Shown here: one piece after another, positions 1 to 10,633 of the stretch
Layout of the letters: the number at the start of each line of letters is the position of its first letter
Numbering within the stretch: the stretch's first letter is position 1
NCBI GenBank assembly: GCA_963793425.1
Contig: CAWCAG010000009.1
Span: 1-64,000, forward strand
Direction: 5' to 3'
DNA from: an uncultured cyanobacterium
GTDB taxonomy: Bacteria > Cyanobacteriota > Cyanobacteriia > Cyanobacteriales > CAWCAG01
Length of the DNA stretch: 64,000 bases
Position numbers and translations under genes: made by a program
The notes under the pieces: generated by a model
Seen by the model: only the letters and a program-made list of their open reading frames with translations
Told to the model about the DNA's origin: nothing
Database searches by the model: none

Positions 1-6
1 AGGATT

Positions 7-1213
7 GTTTCAATCCCTAATAGGGATTATTATACGTTGCAACTAAGCCCAAGCTCAAGCCTGAGTTACCCAAGCTGGTTTCAATCCCTAATAGGGATTA
101 TTATACGTTGCAACATTTGGCGCTCACTTTCGGCTGAGGCATCACTAGCAGTTTCAATCCCTAATAGGGATTATTATACGTTGCAACTTACAGAGTTAAA
201 GGCAATCAATTGAACAATTCATGTTTCAATCCCTAATAGGGATTATTATACGTTGCAACCAAACGGGTCAATATCCTCGCCAGTATATTCGATGTTTCAA
301 TCCCTAATAGGGATTATTATACGTTGCAACGCATATGGCAGTGCAGCGGGTAAACGCCGACAATCGAGTTTCAATCCCTAATAGGGATTATTATACGTTG
401 CAACGTCTTGATCAGTCTTCTTGCTGAGCAAAGAAACCAGGTTTCAATCCCTAATAGGGATTATTATACGTTGCAACTTCGGCAGTGGACAGACAGCTTC
501 GCCAAGTCTTCAAAGTTTCAATCCCTAATAGGGATTATTATACGTTGCAACATGTTGACATTGATGCTCTCGTCCCTGAAAATTTTGTTTCAATCCCTAA
601 TAGGGATTATTATACGTTGCAACCTGAAATAATACCCTGAAGACTAACACCAGAACGGACGTTTCAATCCCTAATAGGGATTATTATACGTTGCAACTAT
701 GTATCTCTCAACTCACTTGAGTACTGAAGAACTAACTGTTTCAATCCCTAATAGGGATTATTATACGTTGCAACACTAAGCCATTTCGCTTACGCTTAAA
801 TAAAATGCTTGTTTCAATCCCTAATAGGGATTATTATACGTTGCAACACAGACATCGTCTGCATCATCAACAGCCTGCTCATCAGGGTTTCAATCCCTAA
901 TAGGGATTATTATACGTTGCAACTATAACAAAAGATTAGAAGCAAGGCAACATTTTAATTGTTTCAATCCCTAATAGGGATTATTATACGTTGCAACGTA
1001 AAATCAGTTGATAAAACTGGGAGCGATCTCTTGGTTTCAATCCCTAATAGGGATTATTATACGTTGCAACCATCTATGTGGGCTTAGCACCAGGTCTTGT
1101 GCAGCGTTTCAATCCCTAATAGGGATTATTATACGTTGCAACGTCGACAAGAATTCAATTCTCATGCCTCTTTCTTGTTTCAATCCCTAATAGGGATTAT
1201 TATACGTTGCAAC
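7..1213 (-). CRISPR. Type I-D CRISPR array, 17 identical 37-nt repeats and 16 complete spacers; probably continues beyond the left window edge
   Basis: Repeat GTTTCAATCCCTAATAGGGATTATTATACGTTGCAAC on + (GTTGCAACGTATAATAATCCCTATTAGGGATTGAAAC on -) starts at about 7, 78, 151, 223, 294, 368, 441, 515, 587, 661, 738, 811, 887, 961, 1034, 1106 and 1177, with unique 34-40 nt spacers. The ATTGAAAC 3' end and leader position indicate minus-strand transcription. Confidence 0.99.
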
Positions 1214-1508
1214 CGCCGCATCTTGAAACCATCGATATATTTAGTTTTCAAAGTACGTTTGCGCGGAACTCCTCTAAGAGTATCATAACCACCTCCAAAG
1301 AACAACATCAAAACGCTGAAACCCTTGCTGTGTAAAGTGCGCGGCACTCTCAAAAACAAAAATAGCTGAAACCCACTCCCCCAGAGACTTTCAGCTATTT
1401 TCCAACAAACAGCCATTCTGTGACCTACCCTGTCGCGCAAAATCAAGTAATTACTCGTACAAATTTTCTCAACTTGTTACCTTTCTCTTCATCAACTTAC
1501 TGAGTAAC
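1214..1508 (-). promoter_or_regulatory. CRISPR leader
   Basis: Non-coding stretch between cas2 and the first repeat, with repeated GCGCG and CTGAAACCC motifs typical of cyanobacterial leaders. Confidence 0.8.
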
Positions 1509-1781
1509 TCAAGCGAAGAAAATTGTCTCATCTCTGGGCATTTCTCCGCCGATGCGTTCTATCTTACCTTGACAGCAAGCACATAGGAAGTAAAAACGAA
1601 TACTATCATTCTCGCTGTCAATCAACTTATTCAAGCGCGATCGCAACTTAGCATATTGAGTTTTAGTCAACTTACACTCAAAAATACTATACTGAACCCA
1701 CTGTCCATAGGACTTGAGAATCTTATGAATCTTCGTGCGGCGTTTATCTTCAGAAATATCGTAGGAAACAATAACAAACAT
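1509..1781 (-). CDS. cas2: CRISPR-associated endonuclease Cas2
   Basis: 90 aa; VSYDI...R, WVQYSIFEC and DSIRFY motifs. Confidence 0.97.
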   Translation of the reverse strand: MFVIVSYDISEDKRRTKIHKILKSYGQWVQYSIFECKLTKTQYAKLRSRLNKLIDSENDSIRFYFLCACCQGKIERIGGEMPRDETIFFA

Positions 1782-1832
1782 GACTAATTGCTAACTGCTA
1801 ATTGTACGGCTTGCCTTTGCCGTTAGGCATCA

Positions 1833-2836
1833 TCACTTCAAAATCAGTGGTGGATATTTGTCGGTTTCCTCCATAAGATATTTTGCTAACAATCTGGCTT
1901 GGATCTCAAAGGTTTCTTGGTAACTTTTTTTAAGTTTCAGTACTGGATGTTTGAATTTAGATAACTTTTTCTCTTGGTAGAGGCGGAGGAAAATTTTCAG
2001 CCCCTCCTTTGTTAAACTAACCGCATTGCTAACAGGTTCGGTGGTGAAATCATCACAACTGAGCTTTTTCTTATTTAAAATATTCAAAACCAAAGCATCT
2101 ACAATTAAGGGACGAAACTCTTCCATAAGATCCAAAGCTAGGGAAGGACGGCCATATCTGAGGACATGAAGATAACCTAAATAAGGGTCAAAACCAGCAA
2201 TATTAACCGCACTTTGAACATCGTGACGTAGTAGGGAGTAACCCAAACTGAGTAAGGAATTGACCTATCTGTAGGGGGGCGGCGACGACGGGCTGCAAAA
2301 CTAAATTGAGAGTTGGCGATTAGTTGATTAAAGCAACCAAAATAAGCCGCACTGCCTGCCCCTTCCAAACCCCGGAGAGAGTCTATGTTGTTGGTATTGT
2401 CGATTGGTGCGATCGCTTGTTCGAGTTTAGTAATGCCCGGTTGTAAATCTAGTTGAGAAGAATCGCGACTACGCCGCAACAGTAAGTTACGATAATTTTT
2501 CAGCTTACCCCGTACAAACCCTTTAACAACGTGGATTGCTGCTGGCGAGTTTCCTGCTGCTGACCATTGGGCCTGTCGGACAAAAATATTTTTAGTCATT
2601 TCTGGTTGCAAACGCCCCATATACTTACCTGTCACCTTCAAAAAACTCAAAGGAATATGACGTTCCAACAATTCCATCACCACAGCCGGAGAAACTGTCG
2701 CCCTACCGAGAACAACAACCCCCTTAACGTTCAACAAAGGAACATCCAAAATCATCTTCTTTTCCACCTTAACAGTAAGACGTTCATCAACCTTGCCCAC
2801 AAAGGCATCTTCATGTGTTATGTAAACAGTACTCAT
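1833..2836 (-). pseudogene. cas1: Type I-D Cas1 split by a 1-nt deletion near 2264 (real lesion or sequencing error)
   Basis: N-part 2177..2836 (LRGLEGAGSAAYF, RRRPPTD) and C-part (VNSLLSLGYSLL, GYLH, SLALDLMEEFRP). Minus strand reads GAT AG GTC AAT TCC, one base short. Confidence 0.92.
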
Positions 2837-2856
2837 TTTCAGTTACCTATTACTTA

Positions 2857-3459
2857 TTACCTATTACCTATTACTTCTTCTTTATACCTACCCACCTTCT
2901 TTGCTGCTTGGGGTAAGCAATTTTGCCGTAAACTACAACCTTTGCAGCGTTTTGTGTAAATTGCTGGGGGCATCTTGCCGCTTTGTAATAGTTTTTGTAT
3001 AGCTTGGATAGTTGCGATCGCAGTTTCTTTTAATTGCTGATTAATCTCCACAGCTTGCCGTTGATGGGAATGGGCATAATAAACATAACCCGTTGTCACC
3101 TCCTCCCCCGTCATCTCCTCCAAACACAAAGCCTGCCCGCAAACCTGCAACTCATCATTATCCCACTCCCCCCGCTTACCCCGTTTGTACTCCACAGGAT
3201 AAAGCTTACCATCACGAGATTCAATCAAATCCGATTTGCCAATTAGGCCATACTCCTCAGATTTAAGCCAAATCGCCCTCACCTGCCAATCATCCCCCCG
3301 CTTCTCACTGCCCAAAGTATGCACCCGATCATGCAAACTAGTTCCTTCAATAGTATATTGATTCTCCACAAACTCTCCCGCACAAAACATCCGCCAACAA
3401 CGGTGAGGACAGAAAGCAAACTGATTAAGCGCTGCAAGAGGTATATATTCGTCATTCAT
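2857..3459 (-). CDS. cas4: CRISPR-associated protein Cas4
   Basis: FCPHR, GKSDLIE, PVEYKRG and C-terminal CxxCSLxxxC Fe-S motif. Confidence 0.96.
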   Translation of the reverse strand: MNDEYIPLAALNQFAFCPHRCWRMFCAGEFVENQYTIEGTSLHDRVHTLGSEKRGDDWQVRAIWLKSEEYGLIGKSDLIESRDGKLYPVEYKRGKRGEWDNDELQVCGQALCLEEMTGEEVTTGYVYYAHSHQRQAVEINQQLKETAIATIQAIQKLLQSGKMPPAIYTKRCKGCSLRQNCLPQAAKKVGRYKEEVIGNR

Positions 3460-3584
3460 AGTATTAGGGGTGTAAGGGCTGTAGGGTGCGAGTGTGTAAG
3501 GTTGTAGGGATGTAGGGTTGTAAAGAATTAGGGAGCAAAAACTACACTTAAACCTATTACTTATTACTTATTACTTATTACTTA

Positions 3585-4409
3585 TTACTTATTACCCAAC
3601 CTCACCCCCATCCCCATTCCCATAGTAGTTTTCCTGCCAATGCCGCAGTAGAGGGCAAAGTCTGCTAAAGCATTGATTTGCTTAATTTGCAAGGGTTCTA
3701 AATCCCCAAACAGACGGTAACTCACTTCTCCCACACAACCGATAAACTTACTGCGAGAATCAGCCACAATAGCAGTGTTGATGTTGAAGAAACTAGGGAA
3801 AATAGTTTCTAGGGGCAACTCAGGAAACTCCTGCCCACTGTACTTGTTCCAACGACTTTGCAAACTGTTAAACACTGACTCTGGAGCAGGTAAGGCAGTA
3901 TCGTATTTGCCCCGACGAAAGGCTGTCGGAGTAGCGAAATTTAAGGTAATTTGTTTAGTGCGATCACACGCTTCCTCATAAAGCTGGCTGTAAGGACAAG
4001 CATTCGCCCAAGGTTGTTCCGGATGAGGAGTCCCCAACATACTAGTAATCTTAAGATCCGCCGCCCCCAAATGCCAAGGTTTTTCCGGGTTGATATGTAA
4101 CCAAAGCTGGGTTAAGCGACTAAACATAGCCTCATCCAACAAAGATACTCGCCACCAACAATGAGTACCCGGAGGAATTGCTTTAGTATGTTGAGTTTGC
4201 AAGAGGTTGTTCTCCTTGGACTTCCTAGCAATTTGCAAAGGAGAAAGGGTAAAAGCTTTACCACTCTGAGATTCATGTAAATGCTGCCCCAATTCTGCAT
4301 CTACAGAACTAACTAAGGTAAGAAACAAAGCGTGTAAATGTCTCCCAGTCAGGAATTTCGGGGAAATGGGAGAAAGGGGCAAAAGGTTAAGGACTAGGCT
4401 ATAGGGCAT
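3585..4409 (-). CDS. cas6: CRISPR endoribonuclease Cas6
   Basis: GRHLHALF, FATPTAFR and Gly-rich loop GIGRKTTMGMG. Confidence 0.96.
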   Translation of the reverse strand: MPYSLVLNLLPLSPISPKFLTGRHLHALFLTLVSSVDAELGQHLHESQSGKAFTLSPLQIARKSKENNLLQTQHTKAIPPGTHCWWRVSLLDEAMFSRLTQLWLHINPEKPWHLGAADLKITSMLGTPHPEQPWANACPYSQLYEEACDRTKQITLNFATPTAFRRGKYDTALPAPESVFNSLQSRWNKYSGQEFPELPLETIFPSFFNINTAIVADSRSKFIGCVGEVSYRLFGDLEPLQIKQINALADFALYCGIGRKTTMGMGMGVRLGNK

Positions 4410-4427
4410 GGTTCAATGAAAGGATAA

Positions 4428-5150
4428 TTAATCAGCTTGAAAACGGTACTCCATCTGGGCAGGAATTTTTAACCCTTGCAATTCTTTAGGGGCATTTCGC
4501 CAGTAATAATATTCCCCTTCCATTTGCACATTGCGAATTAAACTTACCGGAGGCATATTAACTACATCGTAGCTAATTACTTGATGAGTAAACATTACAT
4601 CCAAAGGGTTTAAGGGATGGGGAAAAGTAAAGCTACCTGTTTTCTTTTGTGGTGGTGGTAATTGTTTAACTTCTACCTTTGCTTTACTCATCCATTTTCC
4701 TAAACGTATCCAACGGGGTAGCTTTAGAGGCTTTTGAGAGATAATGAAAGTCTCAAATAAACTCTCCGGGGCAATTTCTTTCGCCCTACCAAAACTGGGA
4801 ATATTCTTTTGAGTTTTCTGCATTTCGACATGGTAGTTATTGTTAGCATACTTCCAGGTATTGAGAATAGAACTGTAGGCAATTGTATAGGCAGGAGTCA
4901 CATAAATTCTTTGCGTGTTAAGAGGGGTTAAATGTTCCTCATATTTAGGTACTTGTTCAGGACAAAAGTAACGGTAACTATCTTCTTCTACCACAGTAGT
5001 TGAGTAAGTTAAGCTGTCAACTAAACCTAAAGCATAACTAAGGGCATAGTTGTGTAAAATTGGTTCTGTTTCATAAAGTCTGCCAATTTCACGGGTGGCG
5101 AAATAGAGACTATCGTGTAACTCTAATTGCAAGCGATAGATTAGCGTCAT
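4428..5150 (-). CDS. csc1: Type I-D Cas5d/Csc1
   Basis: LYFATRE, LHNYALSYALG, WIRLGKWMSKA; position between cas7d and cas6. Confidence 0.93.
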   Translation of the reverse strand: MTLIYRLQLELHDSLYFATREIGRLYETEPILHNYALSYALGLVDSLTYSTTVVEEDSYRYFCPEQVPKYEEHLTPLNTQRIYVTPAYTIAYSSILNTWKYANNNYHVEMQKTQKNIPSFGRAKEIAPESLFETFIISQKPLKLPRWIRLGKWMSKAKVEVKQLPPPQKKTGSFTFPHPLNPLDVMFTHQVISYDVVNMPPVSLIRNVQMEGEYYYWRNAPKELQGLKIPAQMEYRFQAD

Positions 5151-5202
5151 GGTAGCTTGTTGTGAATGATTTTGATTTGGTGGGCAATGCCCACCTTACT
5201 AG

Positions 5203-6231
5203 TTATTTAGCTTTCACTTTAGATTTTGTTGTACTACTTTTACCTTTGCCCTTAATATGTTTTTCAGCGTAAACTTTAGCTTCAGTGTCAGCTTGTTGCA
5301 AAATTTGTACAATCCCTGTTTCTGTTTTTGTTAAAGCTTTTACTTCGTTTAACAAGGGAGTAAAGTTTTCCCCTAAGAAATCTTCATGAACAATAAATTC
5401 ATCTTTCATTAATTCTTCCATCGCACTCTTAGCCGCAGTAATAACTTCATCTTCGTTTAAAGGATCAAGAGATTCAAGTTTATTTTCTGCTTGTAATTGG
5501 TCATAAATAGCTTGAGTCCAGCGTAAGTTACTAACAATTTCCCCATCAGCAAAGATGACACCGATTAATTCATTCCTAACTCTTCCTGTACGGGTGGTTT
5601 GTGCGCCATAATGACGAGTTCTGAGGATATTATTAAACACATACAAGAAACTCGCTTCAGTGGAGTCTTTTAAAGTAACAATACTAGGGAAAAAGACTTG
5701 GGGTTTAATATGATCTTGCTGATTAATTCTGCTGGTTACTTCCCCTGGTTTTGATTTATTTTCTCCTTTAGATGTCATAGTACCATTTTCAAAAGGGGCA
5801 TTGAGGGTAAAAGTTTCGTGGGATTCGTCGAAAGCAGTAATAGAAAAGGCAGTATCAACCACAACTTTAGACTTTTCTGAACCAGAATCACCAATAGCAA
5901 AACCGTAGATAATACAGTCGGGATTGTCCATAGCAAAGCTAACATTATATTCACACTCTTCTGCGGTCATAAATTCATATTTTCGCAGCAATTCCCTACC
6001 AACTAAACGTTCTGGAGTAGATTGTTTACGTTTGAACATAGAAAGGCGACTAATTGTACTCTTTTCAGCAATACCTGCCCTAACTCTTGCTTTATTCAGT
6101 TCGCTATCAGTTTGAAACAAAGGATAGGATTCTGTAACTCTGACGGTGATAAAGTGAACATATTTACCCATTGGTTTGTAGGGTATTTCTGTGTGAAAGT
6201 TTTTAGAATTAACGGTTGTTAATAAAGCCAT
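5203..6231 (-). CDS. csc2: Type I-D Cas7d/Csc2 (likely start MALL at 6231; ORF extends to 6276)
   Basis: KRKQSTPERLVGRELLR, PDCIIYGFAIGDSGSEKSKV, YGAQTTRTG. Confidence 0.94.
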   Translation of the reverse strand: MALLTTVNSKNFHTEIPYKPMGKYVHFITVRVTESYPLFQTDSELNKARVRAGIAEKSTISRLSMFKRKQSTPERLVGRELLRKYEFMTAEECEYNVSFAMDNPDCIIYGFAIGDSGSEKSKVVVDTAFSITAFDESHETFTLNAPFENGTMTSKGENKSKPGEVTSRINQQDHIKPQVFFPSIVTLKDSTEASFLYVFNNILRTRHYGAQTTRTGRVRNELIGVIFADGEIVSNLRWTQAIYDQLQAENKLESLDPLNEDEVITAAKSAMEELMKDEFIVHEDFLGENFTPLLNEVKALTKTETGIVQILQQADTEAKVYAEKHIKGKGKSSTTKSKVKAK

Positions 6232-6327
6232 AATGAATCTCCTTGTAAATTGTAGAATGTAGGTTGGGTTGAACAACTGTGAAACCCAACATTTATCAAA
6301 TATGTAGCAGACAATTTGAAGTAATTT

Positions 6328-6786
6328 TTATTCCTCTTCTTTAACCTGATTAGTTTTTGGAAAATTCTCTTTGTCATCTTCTAAGCGATAAAGAAACTCG
6401 CAAGTATCTTTAATCAGATTTAATTGCCGCCCTGCTAACCTAGCGCGATCGCTTGCGAAAGCTTTTTCAAAAACATCCACCACAAAGTAACGGGCAAAGT
6501 CTAAAACAGCTTGCCTTTCTTCTTCCCTATGCTTGAAAATCCAACGCCCTTCAGCAGTAGAAGAGTGAACCCGATCCATCAGTTTGAATACTTCTGCTGC
6601 TACGGCATTAACTAAGGTTTCTCCTTGGAAGATAGTAGACTCTGCTTTTAAGATGGTTTCGGCAGCAATATCTATCGGTTTTAAAACGGCGTTGGATTTC
6701 GGGTTATAACGCTTATTAGCGCGGTAAAACTTACGGTAAAGTTCGGTAAGTTTTTGGGGATGATTTAAACTTGATTGTGTTTGCAA
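6328..6786 (-). CDS. cas11d: Probable internally translated small subunit Cas11d (152 aa) within cas10d
   Basis: AAGGAG Shine-Dalgarno 6 nt before an in-frame TTG (6786-6784), ahead of SSLNHPQKLTELYRKFYR. Internal Cas11d translation is established for type I-D. Confidence 0.7.
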   Translation of the reverse strand: MQTQSSLNHPQKLTELYRKFYRANKRYNPKSNAVLKPIDIAAETILKAESTIFQGETLVNAVAAEVFKLMDRVHSSTAEGRWIFKHREEERQAVLDFARYFVVDVFEKAFASDRARLAGRQLNLIKDTCEFLYRLEDDKENFPKTNQVKEEE

Positions 6787-9748
6787 TTGCCACTCCTTTG
6801 ATTCAAAATTGTAAATTGCATAAGGGTCAAAACAAGGGTAAAAATAGTAAGCATAGAGACGTATTTTAGAAATTCTCGCAGTTTCCACTTTTTGCCTCCG
6901 CACCCAACGATTTAAGTAACTAAAGATATATAAAGGACTAGTTTCTAAATCTTTAGCTAATTCGGTTAACTTGCCCCAGTTAGAGTCATAACCAGATTTG
7001 CCTTGTTTTGCATTAACATCAAGATGAATTGCATAGGCAGCAGTTAAAACATTGAGGGGGGCAGAGTAGTTTCTTAGCCCCTCTTGCCAACCTTCTAAGA
7101 TGTAATCTAAGCGGAAGCGATCGCGCTTAGTTAAAACTCGGAAAGCTTGGGGGGCGCTATCAAGAAAAACTGTTTCTTCAAATTCCGCACCATCATTAAA
7201 AGGAGGGATAGGAGATTCGGAAACTACGGTTTTGACATCTAAAATCATCGGGAAAGCAAAGGCTAACCAACTAGGCATTACCCAAGATTCAGTGTCGGTA
7301 GCATCTTTACCCGGTGGTAAGGCCATAAAGTAGAAGGTAAGGGGTTGGTCTTCTGGGTAAGAAAGTTTGAAGGTACGGTCTTTTTTATATTTAGGATCAT
7401 CTTTAGGTAAAGTTGTTTTCTGTTGTAGGTTTTCTTCGATTAAAAAGCTATCTACTCTTTGATAGTTATCCCGTGCAAAATCAGCCTCCATATGTTCGCT
7501 AATAAAGTGATTGCGGATAGTAGTATTGAAGCGAGTTTGGGCAATATCGCTATAAGCTTTTTGTAAAAACTTATTAGTTTCGGGGGTAAAGTAATAAGTG
7601 GGATAAAAGTAAAGATAACGATACTTTCCATCCTCAAAACGTTTACCTACTGCTTGGGTTTGATTCATTAAAATCTGTCGCAACATCATTTCTATCCCGG
7701 CAATACTGGAGATGTTACGTTTAGCATTTGAACCACCCAACATTTGCTTATTGGTATAAACTTGGGGGGTAAAAAGTACCGCAGATTCCATTTGTTCTTT
7801 TACGGTGTAGGGAGAATGGGAAAGCGAACAAATTAATTGTCTTCCTCGACCTGATTTTTTAGCCAGTTGATAGTTATTTAACTCTTCAAAAAATACCTCT
7901 ACCCCATCAGTATTTATCTCTTTCTCTTCTGGCAACATTACTACCCGTTGTACCCAGAGGCGTAAATCATCCCAGCCATCATTTAATTGATAAGCAGAAA
8001 GCAAAGGGTTAATAATTTCAGCAAAATGTTCAATAAGTTTCTCACAAGTTTCCCTGACATCTTCAATGCCAGGATGGTGTTGCAGATACTTTGCTGCGAG
8101 GAAATACCATTCGTAGGGTACACCGCCAGTATTACCTTTTAACTTCAGTTCCTTCAAACTTTCATTAATACGCTGAATTTCCCGAATTTGGGGTAAATAT
8201 GCTTCCAGTTGCCAAAATTTAGCCGCTTCTTGAACTAAATCAATCTCTGGCAGAGGGGGAAGTTGTTTATCTTTCTTCCTTACTTTCTCAATCTTCTTAG
8301 CCTGTTCCCCCCAAATCTTACGACTAGCTACATCCCCAAACTCAGCTATTTGATCAATGCGGATATCATCACCGAAGTTGAAGTCATAGTCAGCAGAGAG
8401 GACATCTTTTTGCTGAAACTTAACTAGATTGTCGCTACGACTCTGGGCAACGGAACTCTTACCAGGATTGAGGATGCGTAAGGTTGCCCTCAAGCCTACC
8501 TGCATCAATCCTACTGTATTAAAGAACTGTTCGTAATACTCAGCATATTTCATCCCCTTACCATCTCTACCAAACCCTGTCTGACTTGCCATTAACCTCT
8601 CAGCGCAAAGTTTTTTGATATTGGCAATGACTCTTTCTGGTAACTCTGCGGTATCGAGGGGAGGGGCTTGACGATGTGCCAAGTAGATTACCCCTGTGGG
8701 TAAGTAAAGTAGGGGTTCGTAGTAAGTGCAATCCTGGGTATTTAAACTAGTGTGTGCCTGCATTATGGCATTGTTGACAACGTTAGTTAATACTCCCCTA
8801 TTTTCAGAAATGCTGTGGTAAGTAAACTTGAGTTGCCCATCACTCAAACTATGAAGAAGACTTTGCAAAGTAGAATGCTTTGCATCCTGGGGATGTTTAA
8901 TCACCGAAGCAAGTAAATCAGCAAGGGTAGTTAAATCTGCTAGACAAGTTAAATTGCGATCGCGCAGTTTCGGTTGCAAGCCATATTCAGATAGGTTGAG
9001 GTTAGTATCGTTACGCTGTTGTGCATTATAAGCAATATAAAGTAAATCATCCCGGTAGTCATACCACTCTTCTTCTCCCTGTTGTAAATGGGTAGGAAGA
9101 ATAAATTTATCAATTCCTAACTCTGTAACAACAACATCAAAAACCTCTCGATGTTCCTCTATAGATAGTTTACGAATATCTTGGTCAAAATCTTCCCTTA
9201 CTTCCCTATATTTAGCAGGCATAAAAGGAAACAAGCGATAGTCAAATTTCTCAAAGTCATGGAGAATAAAACCCGCAATAACTAATCTTCTTTCCCTTTC
9301 TTTAACTACTCTTTTTGCCGTAGTATCTAAACTCTTGTAATCGTCTCTCAATTAAATTAGCGGGAAATAAACCATTGAGAAGATGAGTATTTAAAGATTG
9401 ATCACCCGCATTATCTCGACGAACATTTTCTCTACCTCTGCGGCTATCTAAAGTGTCAAAAAATTTCCCTCCTTTAGCGGTGACACCAATAGCAACTCTT
9501 AGTAAATTAGGTAAGACAAACTCCGCAAAATCTACCATTACCTGATCATCTGGATTTTGGGAAGTAATTGCTTGTTTTAAAAGTTTGAGGGTAAGTAACT
9601 CCTGTTGTGGAGGAGAAACGGTACGTTCTGATGTTTGAAAGTAGTCTTCATCTTCATCGGGAGTTAACCAATCATCATCAATTTCCTCTTCTAAAGGTAA
9701 TGATAACTGTTCTGTTTCTTCCGGAGATTGTTTCTTTTTCTTAGCCAT
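6328..9748 (-). pseudogene. cas10d: Cas10d/Csc3 large subunit with N-terminal HD nuclease, split by a +1 insertion near 9329-9331 (real lesion or sequencing error)
   Basis: ORF 9302..9748 has DQSLNTHLLNG; ORF 6328..9351 has ILHDFEK and the Cas10d body. Minus strand reads CAA GAG T TTA GAT ACT, one extra T. Confidence 0.92.
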
Positions 9749-9774
9749 GATTCACCAAATAAAAGGTAGTATTT

Positions 9775-9844
9775 CGTAGGGTGGGTTAGGCGGGTTAAAA
9801 ATTATCCACACATCCTATCGATTTATGTCCGCCGTAACCCACCA
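9775..9844 (+). repeat. 70-bp REP-like palindromic element, copy 1
   Basis: CGTAGGGTGGGTTAGGCGG...ATTTATGTCCGCCGTAACCCACCA; direct copy at 10347 and inverted copy at 10559. Confidence 0.85.
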
Positions 9845-9863
9845 ATGTACAAATGTTATTCAC

Positions 9864-10328
9864 TCATACTCCCCACTTTTGTAAATTGCGTTCTATTTTA
9901 TTTCGTAAAGCTTGTCGATTTACTTGTATTTGTGTTTGAGTTTGAAGATATTCCTCTTTGAATTTCTCAAAGTTACCGTCCTCCTTTTCATAAATAACTT
10001 TGCCGTCACGAGCAATAAAATGAGCGATTAAATTTGAGCAACTATTTAAGTCAACTAAGTCAATTTCATTACTATTAAGGAGAAATATTTTTCCTAAAAT
10101 TCCCGGTACTTCCCACCAACCAAAAGAAGTTTCTTTTAGAGATTCTTTACGCATCTCTTTGTCGTAGAGTACAGCAAAATCCCAATCGCTTTGTTTATGA
10201 GTATCACCTCTAGCCCGCGAACCAAAGAGGATGAGCATTTTTAGATAAGGAAGTTGATTTGTAAGTTGGTTTAACTGTTCAGAGGTTATGTGTAAACCAG
10301 ATATTTCAGTAGATTTAATCATTTTCAT
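9864..10328 (-). CDS. Minimal nucleotidyltransferase (MNT/MntA-type antitoxin); no HEPN partner adjacent
   Basis: LFGSRARGD...SDWDFAV (GSx10DxD) and IDLVDL motifs. Confidence 0.9.
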   Translation of the reverse strand: MKMIKSTEISGLHITSEQLNQLTNQLPYLKMLILFGSRARGDTHKQSDWDFAVLYDKEMRKESLKETSFGWWEVPGILGKIFLLNSNEIDLVDLNSCSNLIAHFIARDGKVIYEKEDGNFEKFKEEYLQTQTQIQVNRQALRNKIERNLQKWGV

Positions 10329-10346
10329 TTCCCGAATAAGTTGCCT

Positions 10347-10416
10347 CGTAGGGTGGGTTAGGCGGATTAAAATATGTTTATCTTTCCGAGCAATTTATGT
10401 CCGCCGTAACCCACCA
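10347..10416 (+). repeat. 70-bp REP-like palindromic element, copy 2
   Basis: Same arms as 9775-9844 with a different central segment. Confidence 0.85.
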
Positions 10417-10558
10417 CATTTAACATTAGTTACACTCTCAATAAAATAAACAGTATTATGGCTAATCATTTTGATTTGATATAAAAATATGAATTTAACT
10501 ATTCCTGATCACTATGATTAAATTGTTCAAATACTTTAGTTAAACTTGCTTAATTTGA

Positions 10559-10629
10559 TGGTGGGTTACGGCAATATGAAGTTTATTGTTTGGATACTAA
10601 AATTGTTTCTGTGCCTAACCCACCCTACG
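10559..10629 (-). repeat. REP-like palindromic element, copy 3 (inverted)
   Basis: TGGTGGGTTACGGC...GCCTAACCCACCCTACG is the reverse complement of the arms of copies 1 and 2. Confidence 0.8.
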
Positions 10630-10633
10630 AAGT

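Noticed and set aside
44..1176. Self-targeting by main-array spacers
   Set aside because: No match noticed within the window by eye; a genome-wide alignment is needed
408..1446. Short ORFs across the array and leader
   Set aside because: They are translations of CRISPR repeats (FQSLIGIIIRCN) and leader sequence, not genes
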